In this document: positions 1-10,516 of the stretch, one piece after another
How the letters are laid out: the number at the start of each line of letters is the position of its first letter
How positions within the stretch are numbered: position 1 is the first letter of the stretch
DNA from: a bacterium
GTDB taxonomy: Bacteria; Patescibacteriota; Minisyncoccia; Phycocordibacterales; JBBTRF01
Length of the DNA stretch: 64,000 nucleotides
Assembly (NCBI GenBank): GCA_037130265.1
Contig: JBAXTI010000001.1
Coordinates: 235,086 to 299,085 of the forward strand
Direction: 5' to 3'
Notes under the pieces: generated by a model
Seen by the model: the letters and a program-made list of their open reading frames with translations, nothing else
Told to the model about the DNA's origin: nothing
Database searches by the model: none
Position numbers and translations under genes: made by a program

Positions 1-2
1 AC

Positions 3-365
3 GATTGGGATGGGGCTCTGATAAATATGCGTTCTTTCAAAAATGGGGTACTCGAACCGCCGAATTCCAATAGAATCAATTTGATTAAAAAGATCCCAGG
101 TTCAAATAATTTTCTTTTGATTGCTGCGGAGAAACAAAATGGCTTCTTTGTCGTCACGCATTTTGAGACGGTGACCGAAAATGGAAATGAACTAAAAAGT
201 CTCCTCGGACGAGGAGACTTGATAGGTCCGACTGGGACTCCCCTGGGTCCAGCAGACTTTCTTGTCGCTTCCTCGCCTGAGGCGTTTCTTCGGGGGGTTT
301 CAGGAAGCGGAGACCAAGACAATATATCAAAAAGCAGCAAAGAAATCAATCGTAAACGATTGTAG
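3..365 (+). CDS. 3' part of a gene entering from outside the window; possible nuclease-like (PBECR/polyvalent-protein type) C-terminal domain
   Basis: Frame is open from position 3 (DWDGALIN-MRSF...) to the stop at 365. Beta-rich segment NNFLLIAAEKQNGFFVVTHFE is followed by a low-complexity tail. Family call is a visual impression only. Confidence 0.4.
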   Translation, partial: DWDGALINMRSFKNGVLEPPNSNRINLIKKIPGSNNFLLIAAEKQNGFFVVTHFETVTENGNELKSLLGRGDLIGPTGTPLGPADFLVASSPEAFLRGVSGSGDQDNISKSSKEINRKRL

Positions 366-381
366 ATAATAAGTTTTTTGG

Positions 382-488
382 CAACACAAAAGGCATTCAA
401 CTGGAGCCTACCGAGCGCGACTGGCGCGAGCTCGAGGAATTTTCTACCAAGAAAATATCCGTGCTCCAGGAGAATGCCTTTTGTGTTG
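382..488. repeat. Nested palindromic intergenic element (REP/MITE-like or bidirectional terminator)
   Basis: Perfect 17-bp IR CAACACAAAAGGCATTC (382-398)/GAATGCCTTTTGTGTTG (472-488), inner IR CTGGAGC/GCTCCAG and two internal hairpins; lies between convergent genes. Confidence 0.7.
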
Positions 489-493
489 GCTGC

Positions 494-1735
494 TTATTTC
501 TTATCTACGAACGCCAACGCCATCTTCTGCTCCCTCGGATCAAACAATGCGATCTTGAAGTTGTATGTCTTGCCGAGTTCGAGCTTTGCGCGGAGCTTGT
601 CCTCGCCACCGAATTCGCTGACGTGTACCAAGCCGGCAACACCTTCTTCAATAGAAGCGAGGGCACCGTGTCGGTTGAACTTGATGATCACGCCGCTCAC
701 CACATCGTCCTTCTTGTACTTCTTTGCCGCCTCTTTCCATGGGTTCTCCTTGAGAGCCTTGATAGAGAGAGAAATCTTGCCCTCCTTGATCTCGATGATC
801 TTCACGCGAACCTTCTGACCAGTCTTGAACATGGTTCGAGGATCTTCAACGAGTGACCAGTCGATCTCAGAGATGTGGACCAAGCCTTCGAGGCCATCCT
901 CCACCTTCACGAAGACGCCGAAGTCTACGATACCGGTGACAGTGCCTTCGAGCTCATCGCCCACATTGTATTTGCCAATGATCTCCTGCTTGTCTTTCTG
1001 GTCTGGATTCTTCTCAGAGAAGATGAGCTTGCCTTCCTTTGGAATAGCAGAGATCACGCAGACAGCAATGCGCTGACCGACGAGCTTCTTCAACTCATCC
1101 AAAATGCGGTCCTTGTCGCCATCGGCTACACGAGGGTAGTGCTCAGCTTTGAGCTGAGATGCTGGGAGGAATCCCATGATACCCTGCCACTCGATGATCA
1201 AACCACCCTTGTTGGCCTCCTTTACTGGCAATTCGTATACCTTTCGATCACGAATCGCGTCTTCGATCTCGCTCCAAATGAGAGCCTGTCGAGCCTCCTT
1301 GAGGGAGAGTTCGATGTAGCCGTTCTCATTTTCTGCATCCACAACCTTTGCAGCAACATTGTCGCCGATGTTGATCTTCTTGATCACATCTCGAGCGGCG
1401 ATGTACTCACGGCCGTAGATAATACCGGTACCATATGGAGGCAAGTCGATATACACACCGGTTTTGTCGATGTTGATGACCTTTCCTTCTACGACGTCGC
1501 CAACTACTGGGGTAACAGCAGTCTGCTCAAGGAACGAGTCCATGAGATGCGCCTTTTTTGGAGCAACTTTTTCTGCTTCCGCTTTTGCTGCTGCCTTCGC
1601 TGCTGCCTTGCCGGCTGCGCGAGGAGACTTCTTTGCTACTTCTGCAACCTCAGCTTTCGCCTCGGTCTTTGCTACTTTCTCTTCCTTTGCATCTACTGGC
1701 ACAGCTTTTGCCTTCTTGCCGATCTTGAATAACAT
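494..1735 (-). CDS. rpsA: 30S ribosomal protein S1
   Basis: Repeated S1 domains (GDVVEGKV, GFLPASQL, DFGVFVKV..GLVHISEI, GLVHVSE); Lys/Ala-rich N-terminal extension. Confidence 0.92.
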   Translation of the reverse strand: MLFKIGKKAKAVPVDAKEEKVAKTEAKAEVAEVAKKSPRAAGKAAAKAAAKAEAEKVAPKKAHLMDSFLEQTAVTPVVGDVVEGKVINIDKTGVYIDLPPYGTGIIYGREYIAARDVIKKINIGDNVAAKVVDAENENGYIELSLKEARQALIWSEIEDAIRDRKVYELPVKEANKGGLIIEWQGIMGFLPASQLKAEHYPRVADGDKDRILDELKKLVGQRIAVCVISAIPKEGKLIFSEKNPDQKDKQEIIGKYNVGDELEGTVTGIVDFGVFVKVEDGLEGLVHISEIDWSLVEDPRTMFKTGQKVRVKIIEIKEGKISLSIKALKENPWKEAAKKYKKDDVVSGVIIKFNRHGALASIEEGVAGLVHVSEFGGEDKLRAKLELGKTYNFKIALFDPREQKMALAFVDKK

Positions 1736-1745
1736 ATTGTATAGG

Positions 1746-1852
1746 TCGATCTCGTTTCCGCGCTACGCCATGAGGCCGGCCTGCCGAAACATCTTGCGAT
1801 GTTGTGTCGGCGGCTCCCTCGTGCGCCTTGTTGCGCGGGGCTATCGAGTCGA
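1746..1852 (-). promoter_or_regulatory. Structured 5' leader of rpsA
   Basis: Five nested complementary segments closing on AACATC-GCAA-GATGTT (minus-strand reading), ending about 10 nt before the rpsA ATG. Confidence 0.55.
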
Positions 1853-2001
1853 AATATGATAAAAGTACTTAAAAACCTCTAAATACAGCCCTTGACGAGC
1901 GTTGGGATAGTATATCGAAAAGTGGGGAAAAGGCAATAGCGGATGATCCAAACGGCCTATTTGCTTTAGCCCCAGCTCGGGTATGGTATACTTTTACCGC
2001 T

Positions 2002-2637
2002 ATGGTAATCACATATTTAGGCGGACAGTGTTTCAAGATGCAATTTGGCGACATGGTGATCGCTTTCAATCCGCCTGCCAAGGATTCTGAGCTGAAGTCT
2101 CCGCGTTTCGGTGCAGATATTGGTTTGGTGAGTTTGAACCATCCGGATTTTTCTGGTGCTGAGCAGCTCGAATTTGGCGAGAAGAAGCCGTTCATCGTTT
2201 CAGGTCCTGGCGAATATGAAGTGAAGGGCATTTTCATCAAAGGTTTTAAGTCGAAGTCTCAATACGGCGGCAAGGACAAGCTCAACACGATCTACACTCT
2301 CGGTCTCGACAGTATGAATATTTGTTTTCTTGGAGCAGTGAGCGAAGACCTCGATGTGGAGACAAACGAAGCGATCGATGACATCGATGTGCTCTTTGTG
2401 CCGATTGGCGGCGAAGGTGTGCTGTCACCATCAGCCGCATACAAGATGGCGGTGAAGCTCGAGCCGAAACTCATCATTCCAATGCATTTCGGTGCGATCG
2501 GAGGGAAGGATGCTCTCAAGGCCTTCTTGAAAGAGGCGGGCGAGACCTCTAAACCTGTGGACAAACTCACCATCAAAAAGAAAGATTTGGAAGGGAAGAG
2601 TGGTGAGGTGGTGGTGTTGGAGCCGGCAAATGCATAG
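2002..2637 (+). CDS. MBL-fold metallo-hydrolase (Lactamase_B_3-like), metal ligands partly degenerate
   Basis: ITYLGGQCFK, SLNHPDF, GPGEYEVKG, DVLFVPIGG and IIPMH motifs. Confidence 0.8.
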   Translation: MVITYLGGQCFKMQFGDMVIAFNPPAKDSELKSPRFGADIGLVSLNHPDFSGAEQLEFGEKKPFIVSGPGEYEVKGIFIKGFKSKSQYGGKDKLNTIYTLGLDSMNICFLGAVSEDLDVETNEAIDDIDVLFVPIGGEGVLSPSAAYKMAVKLEPKLIIPMHFGAIGGKDALKAFLKEAGETSKPVDKLTIKKKDLEGKSGEVVVLEPANA

Positions 2638-2687
2638 AGCCACCGGCTGCGCGGGACACGTAACCAGCGACGCTATATAATAGATAC

Positions 2688-2987
2688 ATGGAACGATTCT
2701 TCTCCGAGTTGCGAAATAAGCCGTATCGACATCGAAGAAATATTGCACTTGGTGTGGCGGCCGGAGTGACACTTGTGATTTTCTCTGTGTGGATTGTGTC
2801 GACGAAAGAGCGTTTCGACGCGCGGCTAGACAGTATGGCGAAAAACACTTCCACTACCACTTCTGGAGTGGTCGTGGGTGCGGCGATCGAGCCAGCTAGT
2901 CCATTTGAAGCGATCTCCCAGACCATGAGTGAGGGCATCGATACCATACAAAAGCAGTTTGAGGAACTCTCCAAATTGGCAAAATAG
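2688..2987 (+). CDS. Small single-pass membrane protein, unknown function
   Basis: 99 aa; basic N-terminus plus one TM helix; TATAAT 6 nt upstream of the ATG. Confidence 0.7.
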   Translation: MERFFSELRNKPYRHRRNIALGVAAGVTLVIFSVWIVSTKERFDARLDSMAKNTSTTTSGVVVGAAIEPASPFEAISQTMSEGIDTIQKQFEELSKLAK

Positions 2988-3029
2988 TGCTAGAATAGAG
3001 GCTCATTATTACACGCGTTTCATATCACG

Positions 3030-6000
3030 ATGTCATCTAAAGATTCAGACAAGAAGCCAAAGGGCGGCAGCGAGGGCAAAAGCGACAAGGGTGGAAAAGG
3101 CGGCGCATCAGAGGCGTCGGCTTTGCCTGCGCGAGAGAATGTGGTGAGTCGCAGTATCACGACTGAAATGCGCGACTCGTATTTGGACTACGCGATGTCC
3201 GTGATCACTGCGCGTGCTTTGCCAGATGTGCGCGATGGTTTGAAGCCGGTACACCGACGTATTTTGTACGCGATGCATGAAATGGGTCTCACCGCGAGCA
3301 CGAAGACACGAAAGTCGGCCGCGGTGGTGGGAGACGTACTCGGAAAGTATCACCCGCACGGCAACGTGGCGGTATATGAGTCGATGGTGAAGATGGCCCA
3401 GGATTTTTCGATTCGGTATCCGCTGATTATTGGGCAAGGTAACTTTGGTTGTTTTACAAAAGACACAAAAGTCCGATTGGCTGACGGCCGCAATCTCTCT
3501 TTTGGCGAGCTCATCGATGAGGATAAGAATGGTAAGAAAAATTACGCCTTCACTGTCTCAAAAGAAGGAAAGATTGAAATCGCTCAACTCACAAAACCGC
3601 GGCTCACTATCAAAGGCGCCGAAATTATGAAAGTGATTCTTGATAATGGCGAGGAAATTCGATGCACGCTGAATCATAAGTTCCTTTTGAAAAACCAGGA
3701 ATACAAAGAGGCGCAATATTTGAAACCGGGCGAATCATTGATGCCTCTTTACACTCGTCTTTCTACGAAAGGCGAAAGTGCACTCTCGGACATGGTGGGA
3801 TATGAAATGATCTACCAACCGCTTGAAAATACTTGGGAGTATGCACATTATTTGGCCGACGCTTTCAACATCTCGACTGGAAAGTATGCAAAATCAGCTG
3901 GCAAGGTGCGACATCATGTCGATTTCAATAAACTCAATAATAGCCCAGAAAACATCCAGCGAATGCAGTGGCTTGAGCATTGGCGCCTCCACTCTGAACT
4001 AACCGCGAGTCGTCATAAAAATGATCCTGAGTATGTAAAAAAGCTTGCTGAAGGCAGAAAGATTTTCCGTGCCAAGAGCGGCATAAAAGAGCAGTACAGC
4101 CAGAGGATGTCAAAGAGAAATAAGCAGAATTGGCAGAATCCTGAATATCGTGCACAGATGATCGAGACGCTCCGTCGAGTGAATCTTGAGTATATTGCTA
4201 CTCATCCTGAAAAGCGCCTAGAACTTTCAGCTCGCGCAACCAAGACGTTGAAGCGATTGTGGCAAGATGAGACGTATCGCCAAGAGATGCACGAACGAAT
4301 CGTCCGAGGGAATAAAAACCACACCACCAATAAGACCGGCAAGAAAAAGTTTGATACGGTCTGCAAGAAATTGATCGAAGTCGGAGTACCGATTTCTAAA
4401 GAGACCTACGATGAATTTCGTCCGAAGGTGTATCCATACAAAGCGGCTACTTCGTGGGAGGTCGGTTTCAGTAAATATTACAATGGCAATATTGAACAGT
4501 TGACCGTAGAGCTTGCAGGAAATCACAAAGTGTCCAGTGTCGAATTTTCTGGCGAACACGAGGATGTATACGATCTCACTTTGCCAATAAGTCACAACTT
4601 TGCGCTGGCGGCGGGCGTATTTGTGCACAACTCCATCGACGGTGACGGTGCGGCAGCAGAACGATACACCGAAGCGAAGATGGCGCGTGTGTCCTCGACC
4701 CTGCTTCAGGATATTGAGAAAGACACTGTTGACTTTCGTCCAAACTACGAAAATACTCGCAAGGAGCCGAGTGTGTTGCCGGCCGCTGTTCCGAACCTAC
4801 TGCTGAACGGCACCCTCGGTATCGCCGTCGGTATGGCGACCAACATCCCGCCGCACAACCTTGGCGAAGTGGTGGACGCAACAACTCATCTCATCGAAAA
4901 CCCCGACGCTTCGACCGAAGATCTTTTGCAATTTGTGAAGGGTCCCGATTTCCCGACCGGTGCGATGCTCTACGCTTCAGCAGAAATGAAACATGCATAT
5001 ACCACCGGTCGTGGTGGTGTGGTAGTACGTGGCGAGGCGGAAATTGTCGAGACAAAGACTGGTTCATTCCAGATTGTCATCACTTCGATCCCATATCGTG
5101 TAAATAAGGCCGACCTCATCCTCACCATTGCCGACCTTGTGCGAGAGAAGAAAATTGAAGGTATTAGAACGATGCGTGATGAATCGACCAAGGACATCCG
5201 TGTCGTAATCGACCTCAAACAAGGCGCTTTCCCTCAGGCTGTATTGAACTTTTTGTATAAACACACCCAGCTTGAAGACACCTTCCACTTCAACACTGTT
5301 GCCCTCGTGGACGGCGTGCCGCAGACACTTTCGCTGAAGAGTGTACTGGAGGAATTTGTGAAGCACCGACAGATCGTCGTGCGACGCCGAACAGAATTTG
5401 ACCTTCGCAAGGCCGAAGACCGCGAGCATATCTTGCTCGGCTTGAAAAAGGCGCTCGACCATATCGATGAGATCATTAAATTGATCAAAAAGTCGAAGGA
5501 CACTCCGGAGGCGCATCTCAATTTGATGAAGACCTTCAAATTCTCCGACCGCCAGGCGACTGCTATTTTGGAAATGAAGCTGTCACGACTTGCGGGTCTC
5601 GAGCGACAGAAGATTGAGGACGAGCTCAATGCTGTCCAGGCGCTCATCCGCGAGCTCAAGGATTTGCTCTCGAGTGCAAAGAAGATTTTGGCCGTGATTA
5701 AGAAAGAATTGCTCGAAGTTCGCGCGAAATACGGCGACGAACGACGCACTAAAGTCATCCGTGGCGGCGTGAAAGAATTCAAGCCGGAAGATACCATTCC
5801 TGATGTGGATTCTGTGCTCGTGCTCACCGCAGGTGGCTACATCAAGCGCACCTTGCCAGACGAATATCGCCGACAGAAGCGTGGCGGTGTGGGTGTTGTC
5901 GATCTCGATACCAAGGAAGAGGATTTCATCACCCATATTTTGAATGCGAACACGCATGCGGATATGTTGTTCTTCACGAACAAGGGCAAGGCGTACCAGA

Positions 6001-6782
6001 TCAAGATGTACGAGATTCCAGAAGGCAAGCGTGCTACAAAAGGTAAGTCTATTGTAAACTTCCTCGCGCTCGCCGATGATGAACGTGTCACCTCGATTCT
6101 CCCAATGCCAAAGGAGGTGAAGAAGAGTGGTCTCAGTCTCTTCATGGTCACCAAAAACGGCGTAGGCAAGAAGGTGAATGCTGAAACCTTCCATGATGTG
6201 CGCCGAAGTGGTCTCATTGCTATTGGCCTCGATGCAGGTGACAGTTTGGTGTCCGTACGATTTGTGGAGAAGGGCGACGAAGTGATCCTTGCGACGAGCG
6301 AAGGTCAGTCGATTCGATTCAAAGAAACTGATATTCGTGAGATGGGTCGTGCGGCGATGGGCGTTATCGCGATGCGTCTCGAAAAGGGCGACACGGTCAT
6401 TGGTGCCGACGTCGTGAAGAAAGATATGAAGAAGCCGGCATTGCTGGTGATCATGAGCAACGGCTATGGCAAGCAGACCGAGCTCTCCGAATACAAGGTC
6501 CAGAAGCGCGGCGGTTCCGGTATTTTGACTGCGAAGATCACCGACAAGACCGGCAAGGTGATCACCTCGAGTGTGGTGGATACTGCAGCTGCAAAGGATG
6601 GGAAAGATGCCAAGGAGGGCGAGGCGGAGCTGGAGATGAACGAGCTTGTAGCTATTTCAAAAAAGAGTCAGGTGATCCGGTGCGATATCGCGGAGATACC
6701 AGTGCTCGGCCGACAGACTCAGGGTGTGCGTATTATGCGTCTGCGTGATGGGGACTCTTTGGCGAGTGCGGTGTGTTTGTAG
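3030..6782 (+). CDS. gyrA: DNA gyrase subunit A, intein-containing
   Basis: [31 protein letters not shown], catalytic RYTE, GyrA-box QKRGGVG and C-terminal pinwheel repeats. Confidence 0.97.
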   Translation: MSSKDSDKKPKGGSEGKSDKGGKGGASEASALPARENVVSRSITTEMRDSYLDYAMSVITARALPDVRDGLKPVHRRILYAMHEMGLTASTKTRKSAAVVGDVLGKYHPHGNVAVYESMVKMAQDFSIRYPLIIGQGNFGCFTKDTKVRLADGRNLSFGELIDEDKNGKKNYAFTVSKEGKIEIAQLTKPRLTIKGAEIMKVILDNGEEIRCTLNHKFLLKNQEYKEAQYLKPGESLMPLYTRLSTKGESALSDMVGYEMIYQPLENTWEYAHYLADAFNISTGKYAKSAGKVRHHVDFNKLNNSPENIQRMQWLEHWRLHSELTASRHKNDPEYVKKLAEGRKIFRAKSGIKEQYSQRMSKRNKQNWQNPEYRAQMIETLRRVNLEYIATHPEKRLELSARATKTLKRLWQDETYRQEMHERIVRGNKNHTTNKTGKKKFDTVCKKLIEVGVPISKETYDEFRPKVYPYKAATSWEVGFSKYYNGNIEQLTVELAGNHKVSSVEFSGEHEDVYDLTLPISHNFALAAGVFVHNSIDGDGAAAERYTEAKMARVSSTLLQDIEKDTVDFRPNYENTRKEPSVLPAAVPNLLLNGTLGIAVGMATNIPPHNLGEVVDATTHLIENPDASTEDLLQFVKGPDFPTGAMLYASAEMKHAYTTGRGGVVVRGEAEIVETKTGSFQIVITSIPYRVNKADLILTIADLVREKKIEGIRTMRDESTKDIRVVIDLKQGAFPQAVLNFLYKHTQLEDTFHFNTVALVDGVPQTLSLKSVLEEFVKHRQIVVRRRTEFDLRKAEDREHILLGLKKALDHIDEIIKLIKKSKDTPEAHLNLMKTFKFSDRQATAILEMKLSRLAGLERQKIEDELNAVQALIRELKDLLSSAKKILAVIKKELLEVRAKYGDERRTKVIRGGVKEFKPEDTIPDVDSVLVLTAGGYIKRTLPDEYRRQKRGGVGVVDLDTKEEDFITHILNANTHADMLFFTNKGKAYQIKMYEIPEGKRATKGKSIVNFLALADDERVTSILPMPKEVKKSGLSLFMVTKNGVGKKVNAETFHDVRRSGLIAIGLDAGDSLVSVRFVEKGDEVILATSEGQSIRFKETDIREMGRAAMGVIAMRLEKGDTVIGADVVKKDMKKPALLVIMSNGYGKQTELSEYKVQKRGGSGILTAKITDKTGKVITSSVVDTAAAKDGKDAKEGEAELEMNELVAISKKSQVIRCDIAEIPVLGRQTQGVRIMRLRDGDSLASAVCL
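3450..4631 (+). mobile_element. 394-aa intein with HNH endonuclease in GyrA
   Basis: Starts [13 protein letters not shown] after GNFG; block B CTLNHKF; HNH motif [17 protein letters not shown]; block F VYDLT..HNF; ends VHN before +1 Ser (SIDGD). Removal restores GNFG-SIDGD. Confidence 0.95.
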
Positions 6783-6932
6783 GAAACTGAAAAATAGGTA
6801 GGACTGCAAAAGAAGCGAAGAAAAAAGCGGAAAAAATATGAAAAGAAAGAACGCCCTCCGAGTGATTGGGGGCGTTTCGCTTTTCTTGTGCACGGAAGGC
6901 GCACGAGAATTTGTAGAACTCTTCTGCAGCGT

Positions 6933-8093
6933 TCAGGGACGGCTTTGGGCGGCCTGCTGAATCACTCGGATGCGCCAGAATCGATTGCTCGACCCGACGC
7001 TGTTCACCGGCGTGGGGCAGAGGTAGTGGGCGATACCGCTCTGTGAGAGGGCGGGTAGCGTTACCTCTGTGGTCCACTGGACTGCGGGTCCAAAACCACC
7101 AGCGCTTTCGAGCACCACGAGGTCTCCGGGTTGTCCCACGATGCTCACCTTTGGCTTTCCGCTGACGAGCGAGACGCCGGTGACCATTGGATTCCCGATC
7201 GGTTGCCCGGTCGGTAGCCAATATCGCGGAAACGTGCCGTCCGCCGCTTCGAGAGCGAGGACTGCCGGAGTTCCGTTGGTTAGGAGCGAGAGGTGGATGC
7301 CGATGCGGCCGATGCCGTAGAGGCGGAGGAGTTTGACTCCGTCCGTATGTTCGTAGTCGCCGTAGGCCGACATATCGGCCTGAGTCCGGTCGATAATCGA
7401 ACTACCCCAGCCCTTACTTTGGACTTCGCTCACGCTGCCGTCTGGGTTACCCGTGAAGACTCGAGCATATGTTTTTCGCTCAAAGTAATACTGGAAATAC
7501 CAAGGCGGCGGAGGCAATTGGTCGAAATACTTCAGGTCCGGGAAGGACAAGAAGATGTAGGGTGAGAGGTAGACGGGAATCGTGTCGGCCATAGCGGTGT
7601 TCGGAAGTTTGAAGCCTCCGGAACCATTGGGGAGAATCGGGATGATTCCGTTGATACCCGCCATCTCCAACGTGGTCGTCGGAACATTATCCTGTGGGAA
7701 GATGCTCGTGATGCCCACCTCCTTCGCTGTGGCGATGAGGAGGAAGGTTGCATTCGTCGCGTTGTTGTTCGCTGATGGAAAGTTTGTTGCCAAACATGCC
7801 ACCTGAAAAGCAACTTCGCGTAGTTTGCTGACGACCGCATCTGGGCTGAGGCCTGCGGAGAAGGAGATATTGGTGAACAAGACAGGTGCTTCTTCTTGGA
7901 CCGCATAGTAGTCGTGTGGGGTCCGATAGAGCGATGCACTAATCGTATTCACTTTCGCAAGTTGTTGTGTGCGAATCTGGCTGATGGTGCTTGGGAGCAC
8001 ATCAGCTGCTCCAACCTCCACCGTGACCAGCTGGGTCAGGTAGGCGAGGGAACCGACAAGGGCGGCAAGCGCCCGATTGCGTAGGGCATTCAT
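6933..8093 (-). CDS. Secreted protein of unknown function
   Basis: 386 aa with signal-peptide-like N-terminus; own TTGACT-17-TAGTGT promoter upstream on the minus strand; C-terminus ends RFWRIRV. Confidence 0.75.
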   Translation of the reverse strand: MNALRNRALAALVGSLAYLTQLVTVEVGAADVLPSTISQIRTQQLAKVNTISASLYRTPHDYYAVQEEAPVLFTNISFSAGLSPDAVVSKLREVAFQVACLATNFPSANNNATNATFLLIATAKEVGITSIFPQDNVPTTTLEMAGINGIIPILPNGSGGFKLPNTAMADTIPVYLSPYIFLSFPDLKYFDQLPPPPWYFQYYFERKTYARVFTGNPDGSVSEVQSKGWGSSIIDRTQADMSAYGDYEHTDGVKLLRLYGIGRIGIHLSLLTNGTPAVLALEAADGTFPRYWLPTGQPIGNPMVTGVSLVSGKPKVSIVGQPGDLVVLESAGGFGPAVQWTTEVTLPALSQSGIAHYLCPTPVNSVGSSNRFWRIRVIQQAAQSRP

Positions 8094-8197
8094 AGGTAAA
8101 TTGCATGGACGGGGGTTGCGGTTGACCGTTGTTTGACTGCAGAAAAGTTGTCAAAGCCGTTATTAACACTACCTCTAAAAATATGAAAAGTCAAGAG

Positions 8198-8206
8198 TTA
8201 TCCACA
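8198..8206 (+). promoter_or_regulatory. DnaA box
   Basis: Exact TTATCCACA in a divergent promoter region; weaker copies near 8224 and 8240. Confidence 0.45.
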
Positions 8207-8322
8207 GATGCTTAAAAAGCCCACTATCCAAGGATTTTGCAATCCACAGTGGTTTGATTTTGTCTTGAAAAAAAGTGATATACTTCAAAAGTACTCATTA
8301 ATTTGTTTCCATTTTTTTCACC

Positions 8323-9957
8323 ATGAAACACCTCTCCAAAACTCTCCTTGACATCGCCCGAGCCGCCACGTTACTTCTTGTGATCGGACTTGGCGCCAGC
8401 GTAGTGTCGGCGCAGTTTTCGACACCGCTGGTGCTGACGTCTTCATGGGTAGAAGCTCCCTCTAATGCTCCTGCAAATAATGCATCCGCGCCAATCAACG
8501 TCAGTGTGAATGCTCAGCGAAAGTCAGGTTCTCTTTTGCTCGGTACATCTGCAGTTTTGAACTACCCTCAAACGATCATGCTTGACGTCCTCGGCCTCGC
8601 CAGCACTACCGTCCTTTCCACCGACTACCTCCTTGTTGCCAAAGACTTCACCTATGCCAAAGGCAGTAACCTTGCCGGCAAGGTGTTGACATCGGATGCG
8701 TATGGGGTGGCGAGTTGGGCGGCGCCGGTGGCATCATCTTGTACCGCAGGGACTTCAGGTACGGATGCTTTCAGTAATCCAGGTACCTACACCTGGACAG
8801 TTCCATCAGGCGTCACTTCTATAAAGGTGAAGGTATGGGGTGCGGGTGGAAATGGTGGTAGTGGTGCGCCTTCATATGCAGCGGCGGGTGCAAATGGCGG
8901 TGGTGGTGGTGGAGGGGGTGGTGGTGGAGGATACGCTGAAAAAACCATCACGATTCCCGCTGGGACGACTAGCTATCAGGTGACGGTAGGTGCTCATGGT
9001 GTTACCGGATTTTCAGCCTTCGACACTTCTGCTGTGAAAGCGACAAACGGCAGTAATGGTGTGAATCATACTGACAACGGCTCTACGGGTAGCGCTGGTG
9101 GTGCTGGTGGTGCTCCAATCGGTACATACACAGCATCTCAAAATGGTACTGCTGGTTCTGTTGGACAATCTGGCGGATACACAAATTGTGGTGGCGGCTT
9201 TAGCTACGACGGTAGCGGTGGTAATGGTGGTGCCTCAGTTTCACCTTCTACTGCAGGTGCCGGAGGTATTATTGGTTCATGTAGTCAGTCTGGCGTTGCT
9301 GGCGGTGCTGGAACTGTCGGTGGCGGAGGTGGGGGTGGTTCTGGATACTCTGGTGCGGTGCTGAACGGTGGTGCTGGAGGGGACGGACGAGTAACTATTG
9401 AATACAGTACGGGTGGATCTTGTGCAGCAACACAGACCACTACTTCAACCACCGGTGCCACTATTGTTTGCGGTGGCTGGGATGTGAAATACAACTCCGG
9501 CTACGTTGCCGGATCAAATTGGGGATGTGCTGTGCCTGACACTACATCAGTGGCATGTCCTGCTGGTTATGACGATATTAAATCAAGCAAGGTGACGATC
9601 AGCTTGGCGGAGCAAACACATTTGTGCGTACTGCACGCATCTGGTGGTACGACCTCGACTGGAGCCATAAGCGTCCCTTCAGGTACTCATTGCGGTTATT
9701 TTTCAGGAGTGCTAGATACCAACAAACAATATACATTTGGCAGTCGTCAAACTACAGGACTCTGTCAATCAAAGGCGCTCGTATACTCAGATGCATATAG
9801 CGGATTTTCAACAATGGGCGCTGGTGCCACGCAAGCATCTCGAAATAGTTACTTCTGTCCGGCTGGCTTTTCTTTCCTTTATTACACATACGCACCAGAT
9901 TCTAACGGTGACACGTATCGAGGTGACAGTTTTACTGGCACTTGCATGAAAGACTAG
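8323..9957 (+). CDS. Secreted glycine-rich, Cys-rich adhesin/fibre-like surface protein
   Basis: Signal peptide; W.EAPSNAPANNASAPINV...Q.K.G motif; GKVLTSDAYGVASW; glycine-rich domain (TWTVPSGVTSIKVKVWGAGG...GGDGRVTIEY); Cys-rich C-terminal modules. Confidence 0.8.
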   Translation: MKHLSKTLLDIARAATLLLVIGLGASVVSAQFSTPLVLTSSWVEAPSNAPANNASAPINVSVNAQRKSGSLLLGTSAVLNYPQTIMLDVLGLASTTVLSTDYLLVAKDFTYAKGSNLAGKVLTSDAYGVASWAAPVASSCTAGTSGTDAFSNPGTYTWTVPSGVTSIKVKVWGAGGNGGSGAPSYAAAGANGGGGGGGGGGGGYAEKTITIPAGTTSYQVTVGAHGVTGFSAFDTSAVKATNGSNGVNHTDNGSTGSAGGAGGAPIGTYTASQNGTAGSVGQSGGYTNCGGGFSYDGSGGNGGASVSPSTAGAGGIIGSCSQSGVAGGAGTVGGGGGGGSGYSGAVLNGGAGGDGRVTIEYSTGGSCAATQTTTSTTGATIVCGGWDVKYNSGYVAGSNWGCAVPDTTSVACPAGYDDIKSSKVTISLAEQTHLCVLHASGGTTSTGAISVPSGTHCGYFSGVLDTNKQYTFGSRQTTGLCQSKALVYSDAYSGFSTMGAGATQASRNSYFCPAGFSFLYYTYAPDSNGDTYRGDSFTGTCMKD

Positions 9958-9988
9958 CGATCAATCGCCCAACTTTGTGCTTTAAACC

Positions 9989-10516
9989 ATGTTCTCCCAT
10001 CCACACAAAAATACTGATCAGCTGGGGTTGATGCCTGGAATGAAGGTGGCGGATTTGGGTGCGGGCGTGGGGGCGTATGCGATCCCTGTGGCGCAGGCGG
10101 TGGGTGAAAAAGGACGAGTGTATGCGGTGGAGGTGCAGCAGGAGTTGGTCGCGAAGATCAAGGCGAATGTCGAACACGCTCGCTTGAAAAATGTCGAGTA
10201 TCTGTGGGGGAATATCGAACAGCGTGGTGGTACACATATTGGCGATGAGCTCGTGGACTTCGTGATTGTGGCGAATGTGTTGTTTCAGGCAGTCGACAAG
10301 GCGGGTTTGGTCGTGGAGGTGCGACGCATCTTGAAGAAAGGAGGCAAAGCCGTTGTGATCGATTGGAAAGAGTCTTTTGGTGGCATCGGCCCAGCAGTGC
10401 AGGAGGTGGTGAATGAATCGAAGGCGAAAGAATTGTTTACACAGCATGGCTTCCAGCATCTGCGGGGCATCTCAGCAGGGGATCATCATTACGGGCTTAT
10501 CTTCACAAAAATATGA
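9989..10516 (+). CDS. Class I SAM-dependent methyltransferase
   Basis: VADLGAGVG, VYAVEVQ and RILKKGGKAVVIDW motifs. Confidence 0.88.
   Translation: MFSHPHKNTDQLGLMPGMKVADLGAGVGAYAIPVAQAVGEKGRVYAVEVQQELVAKIKANVEHARLKNVEYLWGNIEQRGGTHIGDELVDFVIVANVLFQAVDKAGLVVEVRRILKKGGKAVVIDWKESFGGIGPAVQEVVNESKAKELFTQHGFQHLRGISAGDHHYGLIFTKI

Noticed and set aside
8198-8250. Replication origin
   Set aside because: Only one perfect DnaA box and no dnaA/dnaN nearby.
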